A DNA stretch of 64,000 nucleotides from an uncultured Acidobacteriota bacterium (GCA_963804245.1 CAWDPQ010000004.1:4915-68914); one strand, 5' to 3'; numbered from the stretch's first letter, positions 39,254 to 49,183 are shown. Made by a program: numbers and translations. Notes: a model not told the origin generated them from the letters alone.

Positions 39254-40126
39254 CTATCGCGAGTGGAGCGAGTCGCCGGCATTCGACTGAGCGGAAAGCG
39301 CGCGGCCTCCCTCGTAGGCGAGCTCGAGTCGGCCATTGGTCCAGGTCCGGTGCCGGTACAAGGTGCAGAACGTAAAGTCGGGGGCTTCACCACCCTGTCC
39401 GCCGACGATCTCGGCGCCGCGGCGCACGTTGTCCTGCATCCATGCGGGGACGAGAAGATGGTAGGGATTGCGTTTGACTTCGCCGACGTGGAACGACAGA
39501 GCCGCCATCAAGTCGCCGAGGTCCGCGACGCTCGATTCGACCATCAGGTTCGGTGTCGCCATCGCTCCCCAGAATTCGGTTTCGAACACGCTGCAAGTGA
39601 AGTCCTTGCCCTGACGTGCGAGCGCATCCACGAGCAAATGGTGAGTGCCGACGTGAGTGCTGTTCCAGTCGGTATCGTGCGGAAAGAACACGACCGTCGG
39701 CGCGTGGTCGGCGACGATCCGTGCGACGACGTCGACGGCCGCCTGCCAGTGAGCCGGATCCTGTGCGCGCGACTTCGGGTTGATGCGCTCGAGGCCGCCG
39801 GCGATTGTTGGCACCAGCTCGAAGCCGAGGTAATCGCAGGCGGCGCCGAGCTCGTCCCAACGTGCCGCCTGCCGTTCTTTGTTGCTCCCCTGCGTGACGG
39901 CGACGTTGACCACCCTCATGCCGGCTTCACGCTGAAAACGAAGCGCCAGCCCACCGATGATGCACTCGTCATCCGGATGTGGAGAAAAAATGAGCGCGCG
40001 CTGCGCGTCGGCGCGCAGTGAGACGCGTGGCGGGGCAGTGAATCCTCCGAGCGGGAAGGCACGGCCCTCGCGCTGGAGGCGCTCCAGCTCGGCGACGAAC
40101 CGATGATACGGACTCCGGTCCGTCAT
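39254..40126 (-). CDS. PIG-L/LmbE-family deacetylase
   Basis: SPHPDDECIIGG and FPHDTDWNSTH metal-binding motifs. The start overlaps the stop of the upstream kinase gene (ATGA at 40123-40126). Confidence 0.8.
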   Translation of the reverse strand: MTDRSPYHRFVAELERLQREGRAFPLGGFTAPPRVSLRADAQRALIFSPHPDDECIIGGLALRFQREAGMRVVNVAVTQGSNKERQAARWDELGAACDYLGFELVPTIAGGLERINPKSRAQDPAHWQAAVDVVARIVADHAPTVVFFPHDTDWNSTHVGTHHLLVDALARQGKDFTCSVFETEFWGAMATPNLMVESSVADLGDLMAALSFHVGEVKRNPYHLLVPAWMQDNVRRGAEIVGGQGGEAPDFTFCTLYRHRTWTNGRLELAYEGGRALSAQSNAGDSLHSR

Positions 40127-41529
40127 CGGTTCACCGCCGGCAAGCTCGCGGCGGCAATGGCCTGCCCGTGGCGCTTGTCATGCTCGTTGGGAACATGGAA
40201 AGAAATGCGTGGCGCCAGATCCGGAAACTCGACATCGAGTACCTGACCGGCGCCCTGGATGATGAGGTCGCCACCGGCGCCGGACGTGACGCGACCGAGC
40301 ACGAGGACGTGCCGGAGATCGTAGAACGCAGCAAAGTGCGCGACGCCGTAGCCCAGGTAGGTTCCAATCGTCTGGTAGATCTTGGTCGCACGCGGATCGC
40401 CAGCGGTCATCAATGACTGCACGAGCTTCAACTTGTCGGGAAGTCCCATGTCGCGCGGAGCGTCGATCCCGGCTACGGGCATGAGTCTGCCGACGCATTG
40501 CTGTGAGAAATACTGCGAGCCCACGCCGTAGTCGCCCGACCACTCGTCGACGGCGGCGGCCGGGTTGTAATCGATCGGGACGAACGCCAGCTCGTTCAAC
40601 CAGGACGTAATGCGGCCGTCGGGCGTGACGTATCCACCGGCAGTGCTCGTGCCCAGCGCGATGCCGAGGATCGCGTTCTTCCCCAGGGACATCGACCCTG
40701 CGAGTGCCGTTACCTCGCCGTCGTTCACGATCTCGAGCGGCACGTCGTTCCACTCCCTGCGAATGTCGAGGAACATGTTGGAGACCCGCGCCTCGAAGAT
40801 GTCCCTGGGCACTCCTCGAAACAGCGACCCGGCCTTCACGCGGTTGTTCACATAGACTCCGGCGGCGCTGCCGCCGATGGCATCGATGCGGGGCAGGTGC
40901 GCGGCGGCCTGCTTCAGCGAGTCCATGATGCCGTCGTAGTGATACTGCGGATCGGGCTTATGGTAAGGGTCCCACTCCGTCTCGTTGCTGAAGACGACGC
41001 GGCCGTCGATCACTGCGGCAACCTTGCGGTCGCTGCCACCCAAATCGAACCCGATGCGGCAGCCGTCGAGATATCGTCCGAGCGGCTTCGTCTCCGCACG
41101 TTCCGGCGGCACGTCGCGCGTGTGCACGATGGAAAGCTTGTGACCGAATACCAGCTCGCCGACGAAGTGCGCGTCGAATCGTCCGGTCTCCGTATCGCGA
41201 TAGTGCGCGACGAGGTGCTCGGTCAGGGGCGCCGGGCCGTCGATGTAAATGCGCCATCCACCACGCGACCAGAGGATGAACTTGATGAGGCGCTCCAGGA
41301 GGAGCGGATTCGCCGCCGCCTGTGCGTGGGACTCGGGCAGGACGCGCATGTCGAATCGGAAGACCGAGCCGTCGGCCTGCTCGAGCGCGATGCGAACCGG
41401 CACGCCGCCGCCAGCTCGGTCGACGAGCTGGTTGTAAGCGTTCACGGCGAGCACGGCCGGGCGAAAACCTGGATCCAGCACCGCGGGTACGCGCGGAGTG
41501 ACCAGCGGAATGTCGATAGGCATGGCCAT
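40123..41529 (-). CDS. ASKHA-fold sugar kinase (ROK-like) with an N-terminal extension of about 150 aa
   Basis: Phosphate-1 motif RIGFDLGGSDRKVA, then NDGEVTALAG and GIALGTSTAGG. The ROK CxCGxxGC zinc motif is not present. I do not recognise the N-terminal 150 aa. Confidence 0.65.
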   Translation of the reverse strand: MAMPIDIPLVTPRVPAVLDPGFRPAVLAVNAYNQLVDRAGGGVPVRIALEQADGSVFRFDMRVLPESHAQAAANPLLLERLIKFILWSRGGWRIYIDGPAPLTEHLVAHYRDTETGRFDAHFVGELVFGHKLSIVHTRDVPPERAETKPLGRYLDGCRIGFDLGGSDRKVAAVIDGRVVFSNETEWDPYHKPDPQYHYDGIMDSLKQAAAHLPRIDAIGGSAAGVYVNNRVKAGSLFRGVPRDIFEARVSNMFLDIRREWNDVPLEIVNDGEVTALAGSMSLGKNAILGIALGTSTAGGYVTPDGRITSWLNELAFVPIDYNPAAAVDEWSGDYGVGSQYFSQQCVGRLMPVAGIDAPRDMGLPDKLKLVQSLMTAGDPRATKIYQTIGTYLGYGVAHFAAFYDLRHVLVLGRVTSGAGGDLIIQGAGQVLDVEFPDLAPRISFHVPNEHDKRHGQAIAAASLPAVNR

Positions 41530-41644
41530 CTGGGGCGGCCGGCGAGCCAGGATCGATCGCCACAGCCGAGCAGAACGATATCAGAACCGGTGTGCGGCTT
41601 CACTTGACGTACACTTTCGAAGCTCGGACACGGCAACTTCTCTC

Positions 41645-41711
41645 GTGGCTTCCGCCTTTTAGGCGGAAGTTTCCGCTCGTGGCGAAACTTCCGTCTGAAG
41701 CCGGAAGCCAC
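41645..41711. repeat. Pair of inverted REP-like palindromic elements
   Basis: GTGGCTTCCGCCTTTTAGGCGGAAG (41645-41669) and CTTCCGTCTGAAGCCGGAAGCCAC (41688-41711, opposite orientation) flank a degenerate third copy. They lie in the divergent intergenic region between the kinase gene and the cytochrome c remnant. Confidence 0.75.
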
Positions 41712-41760
41712 GAATGTTGGCGCAGAAGCACGAACTTGGCGCAGTGAGGATCTTGCCCTC

Positions 41761-42523
41761 ATGAACGCGACCCCGCATCGCGAACGGCCTGGTCATCAGT
41801 GGACGCTTTGGGCTTTCGCCGTGGTGGCCACGGTGCTGCTCGCGGCCGCGATTCCCACGCATCCCGACGTCAGCGCGCAGCAGAGCAAACCAGAGCCGCC
41901 ACCTGCCGAGGCGGCTCGTTTGTTTGAGGTGAACTGCGCGATGTGCCATGGCAACGACGGCCGCGGGGCGGAGCGGGGGCCGGACATCGTCTCGTCGCGC
42001 CAGGCAGTGGGGCGGTCGTTCGAGGATCTCGAGCGCATCATTCGCACCGGTGTCCCGGCCGGTGGGATGCCTCCGACCGCGATGTCGGCCGAGGCGATCG
42101 GCCACGTCGCGCGCTACGTCCGTGCCGTTGCCGCCGCCTCGCAACAGCCTCGGACATTCCGTCTGGTCCGGTTGGTTCGAACAAGGCGAATCCTTCTATG
42201 GCGGCAGCACGCAGAACGTTCCAGGAGAGGTCGGCAGGAAATTTTTACGGGCGATCGACGTGCAAACGGGCAAGCTGGCGTGGGAGTATCCACAGCTCGG
42301 GGGGAGTGATACCTGGGGCGGCGTGCTCTCGACGGCGACCGGGCTCGTCCTCTTCGCCGAGGACGGCGGCGGTTTCGCCGCGGTCGATGCGCGCACCGGC
42401 AAGCTGCTCTGGCATTTTCCCGCGAACACCGCGTGGAGAGGATCGCCGATGACGTATATGATCGACGGCCAACAGTTCGTCGCGATCGCTGGCGGCGGCA
42501 ACGTCTTCGCGTTCGGGTTGTAA
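41761..42523 (+). pseudogene. Cytochrome c domain joined to only the last blade(s) of a PQQ-dependent dehydrogenase (internal deletion plus frameshift)
   Basis: Signal/TM segment and haem motif CAMCHGNDG..GGMP in the frame of 41761. From about 42150 another frame carries ..LRAIDVQTGKLAWEYP...GLVLFAEDGGGFAAVDARTGKLLWHF..PMTYMIDGQQFVAIAGG. This is the C-terminal roughly 115 aa of an 8-bladed quinoprotein that would normally be about 600 aa or longer. Confidence 0.6.
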
Positions 42524-42538
42524 GGGCCAAGGAAATGT

Positions 42539-43546
42539 ATGCCGCTGGACCTCATCGTCATGGGAGGCGGGCCGGTGGGCCTCGCCTGCGCCATCGAGGC
42601 GCGACGCGAACGCCTCGAGGCGCGCATCGTCGAAAAGGGCGCTCTCGTCAATTCCATCGTGGGTTATCCCACGAACATGGAATTCTTTTCGACGCCCGAG
42701 CTGATCGAGATTGGCGGCTACCCATTCCCGGTCCAATCCTATAAGCCGACCCGCGAGGAAGCGATCGAGTACTACCGGGGTGTGGCCGAGCGCGAGTCGC
42801 TGGACATCCGGTTGTACGAACGCGTTCTGGAGGTCACCGGCAGCCGCGGCGATTTCACGGTGATCACCACGAAGGACGGATATCGTGCGCGCAACGTGGT
42901 TGTCGCAACCGGATTCTTCGATCAGCCGAACCTGCTGAACGTGCCGGGAGAGGCGCTGGCGAAGGTCACACACTACTACCGCGAGCCCTATCAATACGTG
43001 CGGCAGAAGGTCGTGATCGTGGGCGCGAAAAACTCCGCGGCGAAAGCCGCGCTCGACTGCTACCGGCACGGCGCGGAGGTCAGCCTCATCGTCCGATCCG
43101 CGACGCTGTCGGACAAGATCAAGTACTGGATCAAGCCGGATCTCGAGAGACGGATCGCCGAAGGCAGCATCCGCGGCTTCTTCAACACGACGCTCGAAGA
43201 AATCCGTGAGTCATCCGTGACGTTACGGACACCTGACGGCGTCCGTGAGATCCCCAACGACTGGGTGGTGGCCATGACGGGTTACCATCCCGACTATCGA
43301 TTTCTGGAGTCCCTGCAGCTCGAGTTCTCAGGGGATGGCTGTCGCGCGCCGGTGGTCGACGAGGTCACGTTTCAGAGCAGCCGGCCGGGTATCTACCTGG
43401 CAGGTACAGTCTGTGGTGGCTATTGCACGAGCCGGTGGTTCATCGAAAACGGACGCTTTCACGCCAGCCAGATCGCGAAACACATTGCCGGCGAGCGCGC
43501 CGACCGGATCCCGTTCGAAACCATTCATTGGAAGACAGAGGAGTAG
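42539..43546 (+). CDS. ypdA: YpdA-family flavoprotein (putative bacillithiol-disulfide reductase type)
   Basis: 335 aa: DLIVMGGGPVGLACA, ..VNSIVGYPTNMEFFSTPE.., a second Rossmann motif VVIVGAKNSAAKAAL, and ..YLAGTVCGG. Confidence 0.75.
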   Translation: MPLDLIVMGGGPVGLACAIEARRERLEARIVEKGALVNSIVGYPTNMEFFSTPELIEIGGYPFPVQSYKPTREEAIEYYRGVAERESLDIRLYERVLEVTGSRGDFTVITTKDGYRARNVVVATGFFDQPNLLNVPGEALAKVTHYYREPYQYVRQKVVIVGAKNSAAKAALDCYRHGAEVSLIVRSATLSDKIKYWIKPDLERRIAEGSIRGFFNTTLEEIRESSVTLRTPDGVREIPNDWVVAMTGYHPDYRFLESLQLEFSGDGCRAPVVDEVTFQSSRPGIYLAGTVCGGYCTSRWFIENGRFHASQIAKHIAGERADRIPFETIHWKTEE

Positions 43547-43548
43547 GC

Positions 43549-44272
43549 ATGAACCGTTTCCTCGCCACGGCCACCGTCTGTCTGCTGCCACTCGCAGCAG
43601 CGGGTCAGTCCGGTGCGCCGCAGTTCAAGGACATGTTCAACGGACGCGATTTGAGCGGCTGGGTGAACATCAACACCGCGGAAGATACCTGGAAGTTCCG
43701 CGACGGCGTGCTCGTCTGCTCGGGCCGGCCGCTGGGCGTCATGTGCAGCGAAAAGCAGTACCGAAAATTTCGTGTTGCACATCGAATGGAAACACATGGA
43801 AGCCGGCGGCAATTCCGGCGTGTTCGTGTGGAGCGCCGCTCGTCCGGATCCTCAGAGCCGGCTCCCTGATGGCGTCGAGGTGCAGATGCTCGAGCTCGAG
43901 TGGCCGAATCTCAACAAGCGCAACGGCGTCACGCCGCCGGTTGCCTACGTCCACGGAGAGCTGTTCGGCGTCGGTGGCGTGAAGACCACAGCCGACACTC
44001 CGCGCGGCGACCGCAGTATGTCAATCGAGAATCGCGCACTCGGAAAAGGCGAGTGGAACACCTACGATGTCGTCGCTGTCGACGGGACGATCAAGTTGTC
44101 CGTCAATGGCAAGTTCGTCAACGGCATCACGCGCGCCACGCAGAAGAAGGGCTACTTCTGCCTCGAATCGGAAGGAGGGGAGATTCATTTTCGCAATATT
44201 CGAATCCTGGAACTGCCGCCCGGCGTGACGTCCGCGGAACAGACGGCCCCGGAGCGGAAGGAGCAGTTTTGA
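43549..44272 (+). pseudogene. DUF1080 (3-keto-disaccharide hydrolase-like) secreted protein, frameshifted
   Basis: MNRFLATATVCLLPLAAAG signal peptide and FNGRDLSGW.. in one frame. [21 protein letters not shown]...[13 protein letters not shown] is in the next frame. One extra base near 43761 (cagtacCgaaaat). Confidence 0.75.
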
Positions 44273-44275
44273 GCC

Positions 44276-45211
44276 ATGTCTACAGTCTCAGAATGTCGGC
44301 ACCGTGTAGCTCTGATTCTGATACTCGTTGCGGCCGTTTTCGCATCCTTCCCCGCGCGTGGCGCCGACAAGCGGATCGTGCTGATTGCGGGCAGGCCCAG
44401 TCACCCGCCGGGCATGCATGAATTCCGTGCCGGTTGCCTCCTCTTCCAAAAGGCACTGGCATCGATTCCAGGCATCACGGTGCAGGTGTATGACATGGGA
44501 TGGCCGGCAAAGGTCGTCAACGGCGAACGCGTCGAGGACAGCTCGGCGCTCGAAAAGGCGGATGCGATTTTGATCTATGCAGACGGGGGGAAGGGACATC
44601 CCGCGATTCAAGGCGATCACATGACGGTGCTCGCATCGCTGGCGGCACGAGGTGTCGGGCTCGGCTTCGCCCATTACGGCGTCGAGGTTCCAACCGGCGC
44701 GCCCGCAGACGCGATGTATCGCTGGATCGGCGGTTTCTACGAAACTCAGTACTCCGTGAACCCGATGTGGAAGCCCGCCTTCGACAAGCTGCCGACGCAT
44801 CCGGTCACCCGCGGCGTCAAACCGTTCGCCACCCACGACGAGTGGTATTTCAACATGCGCTGGACGTCGGACGCCGCGACGAAAGCGCGGATTACACCGA
44901 TCCTGGTTGCGACGCCCAGCGACGACGTTCGCAAGGGACCCTACGTGAGTCCGAAGGGCCCGTACCCGCACGTGGTCGCCGACAGTGGCAAGGCGGAGAC
45001 GATGATGTGGGTGACGGAACGCGCGGACGGTGGCCGCGGATTTGGGTTCACCGGCGGACACACGCACAGCACTTGGGGCGACGCCAATCAGCGGAAGGTT
45101 CTATTGAACGCACTGCTGTGGATTGCCAAAGTCGACGTGCCGGCTCGCGGCGTAGAGGATCGGATCACGGAATCCGACCTCACGGCAAACCTCGACGACA
45201 AAAAGAAATAG
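44276..45211 (+). CDS. ThuA-domain protein
   Basis: Signal peptide, then KRIVLIAG...HE.., ADAILIYADGG, and THPVTRGVKPF...DEWY blocks. Confidence 0.75.
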   Translation: MSTVSECRHRVALILILVAAVFASFPARGADKRIVLIAGRPSHPPGMHEFRAGCLLFQKALASIPGITVQVYDMGWPAKVVNGERVEDSSALEKADAILIYADGGKGHPAIQGDHMTVLASLAARGVGLGFAHYGVEVPTGAPADAMYRWIGGFYETQYSVNPMWKPAFDKLPTHPVTRGVKPFATHDEWYFNMRWTSDAATKARITPILVATPSDDVRKGPYVSPKGPYPHVVADSGKAETMMWVTERADGGRGFGFTGGHTHSTWGDANQRKVLLNALLWIAKVDVPARGVEDRITESDLTANLDDKKK

Positions 45212-45268
45212 GCGACATTCGTGGCTTGCGGGAACGGCAGCGGCAGCGGCTGCATCTAATGGGATGAC

Positions 45269-45436
45269 GTGAGAAACGAGGTCACGTACCACCAGGCGGT
45301 GCTCGACGCACTCGACAAGACGCTGGTCCCGGGAGCGAAGAACGAGGAGCTCAAGGCGCTGCTGGTGAAGGTGCGCCCCGCATTTGTCGCGCACCTCGAG
45401 CACGCGAAGAAGATGCAGTCCTCGCTCGGGAAGTAG
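45269..45436 (+). CDS. Small helical protein (55 aa), coupled to the downstream cupredoxin gene
   Basis: Own translation from a GTG start: VRNEVTYHQAVLDALDKTLVPGAKNEELKALLVKVRPAFVAHLEHAKKMQSSLGK. About 90 percent of third positions are G/C. Its stop is 1 nt before the GTG start of the next gene. There is no clear SD sequence. Confidence 0.45.
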   Translation: MRNEVTYHQAVLDALDKTLVPGAKNEELKALLVKVRPAFVAHLEHAKKMQSSLGK

Positions 45437-45437
45437 C

Positions 45438-45767
45438 GTGCGCTACGTGGCATTGGCGGTTGTCGCCCTCAGCGTCCTGGTGTTGGATGCCAACGCGGGA
45501 CAGACCGCGCGCAAACCAAAGACGCATACTGTCGTTATCGAGGGGACGACGTTCGCGCCGGCAAGCCTGACGGTTGTTTCCGGAGACTCAGTCGTGTGGC
45601 TGAACAAGGATCCGTTTCCTCACACGGCGACATCGAAGGCCGGGGGCTTCGACTCGCAGGTGATCGCAGCAGGCGAATCCTGGAAGTACGTCGCTCGGAT
45701 GAAGGGAGACTTCGCTTACCTATGCACTCTTCACACCACGATGAAGGGAGTGCTGCGGGTGAAGTAG
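45438..45767 (+). CDS. Cupredoxin-family blue copper protein
   Basis: Signal peptide VRYVALAVVALSVLVLDANA. Type-1 Cu ligand pattern: FPHT ... YLCTLHTTM (His, Cys, His, Met). Confidence 0.75.
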   Translation: MRYVALAVVALSVLVLDANAGQTARKPKTHTVVIEGTTFAPASLTVVSGDSVVWLNKDPFPHTATSKAGGFDSQVIAAGESWKYVARMKGDFAYLCTLHTTMKGVLRVK

Positions 45768-45772
45768 TGATA

Positions 45773-45801
45773 GAGAGGCCGCCGTTGGAGGGCGGCCTCT
45801 C
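45773..45801. terminator. Perfect 11-bp GC-rich hairpin between convergent genes
   Basis: GAGAGGCCGCC gttggag GGCGGCCTCTC lies 6 nt after the cupredoxin stop. There is no clean U-tract on either side. Confidence 0.45.
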
Positions 45802-45842
45802 GATTCCGTCGCTTTGCGCCGGAAGTAAGACTGAAAGTCCGC

Positions 45843-46808
45843 TCACGCTGCTCGCTGCGCGACGAACTCGCGAACGATCGCGTCGATATCACTGTCGGCC
45901 CGGAAGCCAAGCTGCAGCGGACGGCTGATGTCGAAGTCGCCGGGCCAGGTGCATACGATCGTCATCATCCGTTGGTCCGGTTCGCAGCGGACCCGCGCAC
46001 GTGCTGACGACCCGCCGAATCGCTCGAGGCTCTCGAGCATTTCGTGCGGCGTGACGGACAGCCCCGGCAGGTTGATCGCTCGGCGCCCTTCGAGCAACGA
46101 GGTCGCCATGCTGCCGGCGTGAACCAGGTTGCTCGTCACGACGGTCGGCGACGTAATCCACAGGCGGGTATCAAGAGGAACTGGACAAAGGCTCTCCATG
46201 CCGGCCAGCGGCTCGCGAATGATGCCGCTGACGAACGAAGACATCGCCGAGTTCGGAGCCCCGGGCCGTATCGCGACCGTGGGAAGCCGGCACGAGATGC
46301 CGTCCACGAAACCTCTCCGCGAATAGTCGCTGACAAGCAGTTCGGCGATCGCCTTCTCGGTGCCATAGGACGATTGCGGAAGGAGCGCCATATTTTCCGG
46401 CACGACCTCCGGCAGTGGCCCGCCGAAGACGGCAACAGAGCTGGCGAACACGAACCTTGGCACCTTCTGAAGCCGCCGGCATGCCTCGAGCAGCTGCCGG
46501 GTGGCGTCGACGTTGACCTTCATCCCGAGGTCGAAATCCGATTCCGATTGCCCACTCAGGATGGCGGCAAGGTGGTAAACGGCATCGATGCCGTTGCCGG
46601 CAATCGAATCGATGAAATCAGCATCGGCAACCGACCCGATCCGGGGTTCCACTCGTGGATCGGCCACCGAGCAGGCGGAGAGGTCGGCAGCTACGATTTT
46701 CGACACCTGCTGCCGCGGACCTTCTTGACGGAGGAGCGCTTCGATCAGACGCGTCCCGAGAAATCCGGCGGCGCCGGTAACGAGTATCTTCATCTCTGCT
46801 CGTGTCAT
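45843..46808 (-). CDS. NAD-dependent epimerase/dehydratase (extended SDR)
   Basis: [21 protein letters not shown], and SSYGTEK (the YxxxK motif). Confidence 0.8.
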   Translation of the reverse strand: MTRAEMKILVTGAAGFLGTRLIEALLRQEGPRQQVSKIVAADLSACSVADPRVEPRIGSVADADFIDSIAGNGIDAVYHLAAILSGQSESDFDLGMKVNVDATRQLLEACRRLQKVPRFVFASSVAVFGGPLPEVVPENMALLPQSSYGTEKAIAELLVSDYSRRGFVDGISCRLPTVAIRPGAPNSAMSSFVSGIIREPLAGMESLCPVPLDTRLWITSPTVVTSNLVHAGSMATSLLEGRRAINLPGLSVTPHEMLESLERFGGSSARARVRCEPDQRMMTIVCTWPGDFDISRPLQLGFRADSDIDAIVREFVAQRAA

Positions 46809-46823
46809 GTTACCGTTCGGGAC

Positions 46824-47582
46824 GTGATCTCACCACGCAAAGTCGCGCTCGTAACCGGAGCGGGTTCCGGAATCGGTAAAGCCGTCGCCACGGGGCTGCT
46901 CCACGAAGGCTACGCCGTCGTCCTCGTCGGCCGCCGCGGCGAGCTGCTGGAAGGCACGGTGGCCGATGCAGGTAAGGGCGCCGGCGAGGCGCTGGTCGTT
47001 CCGACGGACATCACCGATCCCGGGTCAGTTCGGGTGGTCTTCGATCGCACGCGAGAAACGTTCGGCAGGCTCGATCTGCTCTTCAACAATGCCGGCATGA
47101 ACGTTCCCGGCGTGCCGCTCGACGAGCTGAGCGTCGAACAGTGGAAGTCGGTTGTCGACGTCAATCTGACGGGTGCTTTCCTCTGTACGCAACAGGCGTT
47201 TCGTCTGATGAAGGCACAGCGGCCGATGGGAGGCCGCATCATCAACAACGGCTCGATTTCGGCGTACGCGCCGCGTCCGAATTCCGCGCCCTATACCGCC
47301 ACCAAGCACGCGATCACCGGCTTGACGAAGTCCACGTCACTCGACGGACGTCAGTACGATATCGCGTGCGGGCAGATCGACATCGGCAATGCCGAGACGC
47401 CCATGACGAAGAGGTTCGCGACAGGCGTCCTGCAGGCCAGCGGTGCCAACATGCCGGAGCCGCTCCTCGATGTGAACCACGTCGTCCGCGCGGTCATCTA
47501 CATGGCCAGTCTGCCTCTCGAAGCCAACGTCCAATTCCTGACCGTGCTGGCGACGAAGATGCCCTTCATCGGACGAGGGTAG
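46824..47582 (+). CDS. Classical SDR oxidoreductase
   Basis: The start was moved to the GTG at 46824: [20 protein letters not shown].., NNAG, and YTATKHA. The long N-terminal part of the ORF-track call (46044-) is antisense to the epimerase gene. Confidence 0.8.
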   Translation: MISPRKVALVTGAGSGIGKAVATGLLHEGYAVVLVGRRGELLEGTVADAGKGAGEALVVPTDITDPGSVRVVFDRTRETFGRLDLLFNNAGMNVPGVPLDELSVEQWKSVVDVNLTGAFLCTQQAFRLMKAQRPMGGRIINNGSISAYAPRPNSAPYTATKHAITGLTKSTSLDGRQYDIACGQIDIGNAETPMTKRFATGVLQASGANMPEPLLDVNHVVRAVIYMASLPLEANVQFLTVLATKMPFIGRG

Positions 47583-47591
47583 GCGAGGCGA

Positions 47592-47621
47592 GTGGATTCC
47601 GCCTTTAAAGCCGGAAGCCAC
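47592..47621. repeat. REP-like palindromic element, full-length form
   Basis: GTGGATTCCGCC TTTAAA GCCGGAAGCCAC lies 10 nt after the SDR stop. Confidence 0.7.
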
Positions 47622-47746
47622 GCATTACCCCTGGGGTCGAGAAGTCATCTGTTTCTTGCACGTTTGTCCACTTCCCGAGACAGAGGACCAGCGCAAGAAT
47701 CGGCATCGCCGCTTCCGGGCGGACCGGGGAAGGCTATTGTAGGGAC

Positions 47747-48649
47747 ATGAAACTCGACGAGATCGTCAAGACCGCGCGGCGCCTCAGCGACCGATACAAG
47801 GTGGATTCGGGAAAATCGTTCCGCTTGAAGGACATCAATCCGGCGGACATCGGCGATTTCAAGAAGGGCGACAAAGAGCGTACAGAAGAGGATTTGGCGC
47901 TCGGGATCAAGGCCATGACGGAACTGCAGGATCGGCTGTACGCGAACGACAGCTGGGCACTGCTGCTGGTGTTTCAGGCCATGGACGCGGCGGGGAAGGA
48001 CAGCGCCATCAAGCACGTGATGTCTGGCGTCAATCCGCAGGGCTGCGAGGTATACGCGTTCAAGCAGCCGTCATCCGAGGAGCTCGACCACGACTATCTC
48101 TGGCGGTGCGCGAAGCTGGCCCCCAGGCGCGGGCACATCGGGATCTTCAACCGCTCGTATTACGAGGAAGTCATTGTCGTCCGGGTGCATTCGGAGCTGC
48201 TGCTGCGGCAGAAGCTTCCGCCATCGTTGCGCAAGAAGGACATCTGGGATCGGCGTCACAATGAGATTCGCCAGTACGAAGAGTACCTGTCGAAGAACGC
48301 CATCGTGGTCAGGAAGTTCTTCCTCCACGTCTCGAAAGACGAACAGCGGCGGCGGTTCCTCGCCCGCCTCGAGAGTCCTGAGAAACGCTGGAAATTCTCA
48401 CCCGGCGATATCCAGGAGCGCCAGCACTGGCGGGAATACATGCAGGCGTACGAGAGCGCGATCAGGGGCACCGCGACGGAAAATGCCCCCTGGTATGTAG
48501 TCCCCGCCGATCACAAGTGGTTCACGCGGCTCGTGGTGGCCTCGGTCATCATCGAGACGCTCGATTCGCTGAAGTTGGAGTATCCAGACGTGAGTGGTAT
48601 GGACAGCCGAGCACTGGCCGAGGCACGCAAGGCTCTGGAGCAGCAGTAG
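47747..48649 (+). CDS. ppk2: Polyphosphate kinase 2 family (polyphosphate:nucleotide phosphotransferase)
   Basis: 300 aa: LLLVFQAMDAAGKDSAIKHV (Walker A-like), FNRSYYEEV, KFFLHVSKDEQ..R, and PWYVVPADHKW. Confidence 0.85.
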   Translation: MKLDEIVKTARRLSDRYKVDSGKSFRLKDINPADIGDFKKGDKERTEEDLALGIKAMTELQDRLYANDSWALLLVFQAMDAAGKDSAIKHVMSGVNPQGCEVYAFKQPSSEELDHDYLWRCAKLAPRRGHIGIFNRSYYEEVIVVRVHSELLLRQKLPPSLRKKDIWDRRHNEIRQYEEYLSKNAIVVRKFFLHVSKDEQRRRFLARLESPEKRWKFSPGDIQERQHWREYMQAYESAIRGTATENAPWYVVPADHKWFTRLVVASVIIETLDSLKLEYPDVSGMDSRALAEARKALEQQ

Positions 48650-48724
48650 CCGGTGCGGATCAGTACCATTTGGGCAACTGACAGAACGCGACGAAATGCA
48701 AATGGATGGAGATGCCGGCTAGCT

Positions 48725-49096
48725 CTAGTGCGTCGGTTTGGCGTCCTTGACGATGAAGAGCATCTCGCCGGGACGGATGAGACCGAGCTCCTCGCGGGCG
48801 AGGGATTCGATTGCCGAGGGGTCCTCGAGCAGCCGCCGCGCCTCTTCCCGCAGTTGAGCGTTTTCAGACCGGAGCCGTTCGATGGAGGCTGTCAACTCAC
48901 GGTGCTGACGCCGCGCGCGGATGGTCTCGAGCAGGCCTTTCTCGCCAACCAGCGCGTCGAGCACCAGGACCAGCGTGACGAAGATCAGCAGAAGATGCAG
49001 CGTTTTCCGCCGGCGAGGGAGCGTCGTCGTCGGGGGAGGATTACGCGGCCGACGCAGTGGCTCCCTCGGCGCCTGGGGAACGGGTCCGGATGCCAT
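48725..49096 (-). CDS. Septum formation initiator FtsB/DivIC-like protein
   Basis: The start was moved to the ATG at 49096. The protein has a basic/Pro-rich N-terminus, a single TM (LHLLLIFVTLVLVLDALV), a coiled coil (RELTASIERLRSENAQLREEARRL) and DPSAIESLAREELGLIRPGE. Confidence 0.7.
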   Translation of the reverse strand: MASGPVPQAPREPLRRPRNPPPTTTLPRRRKTLHLLLIFVTLVLVLDALVGEKGLLETIRARRQHRELTASIERLRSENAQLREEARRLLEDPSAIESLAREELGLIRPGEMLFIVKDAKPTH

Positions 49097-49183
49097 CAAT
49101 GATGTGGGTCCTTTGTACAATACTTTTCGACCGTTGCGAACCGCGAAATTAGTGCTCACGGGCAGAAACTGGAGATTCGAAGG

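Noticed and set aside
42160-42190. GGTTCGAAC string resembling a tRNA T-arm.
   Set aside because: No acceptor, D or anticodon stems can be drawn around it. It lies inside the protein-like frame of the PQQ-dehydrogenase remnant.
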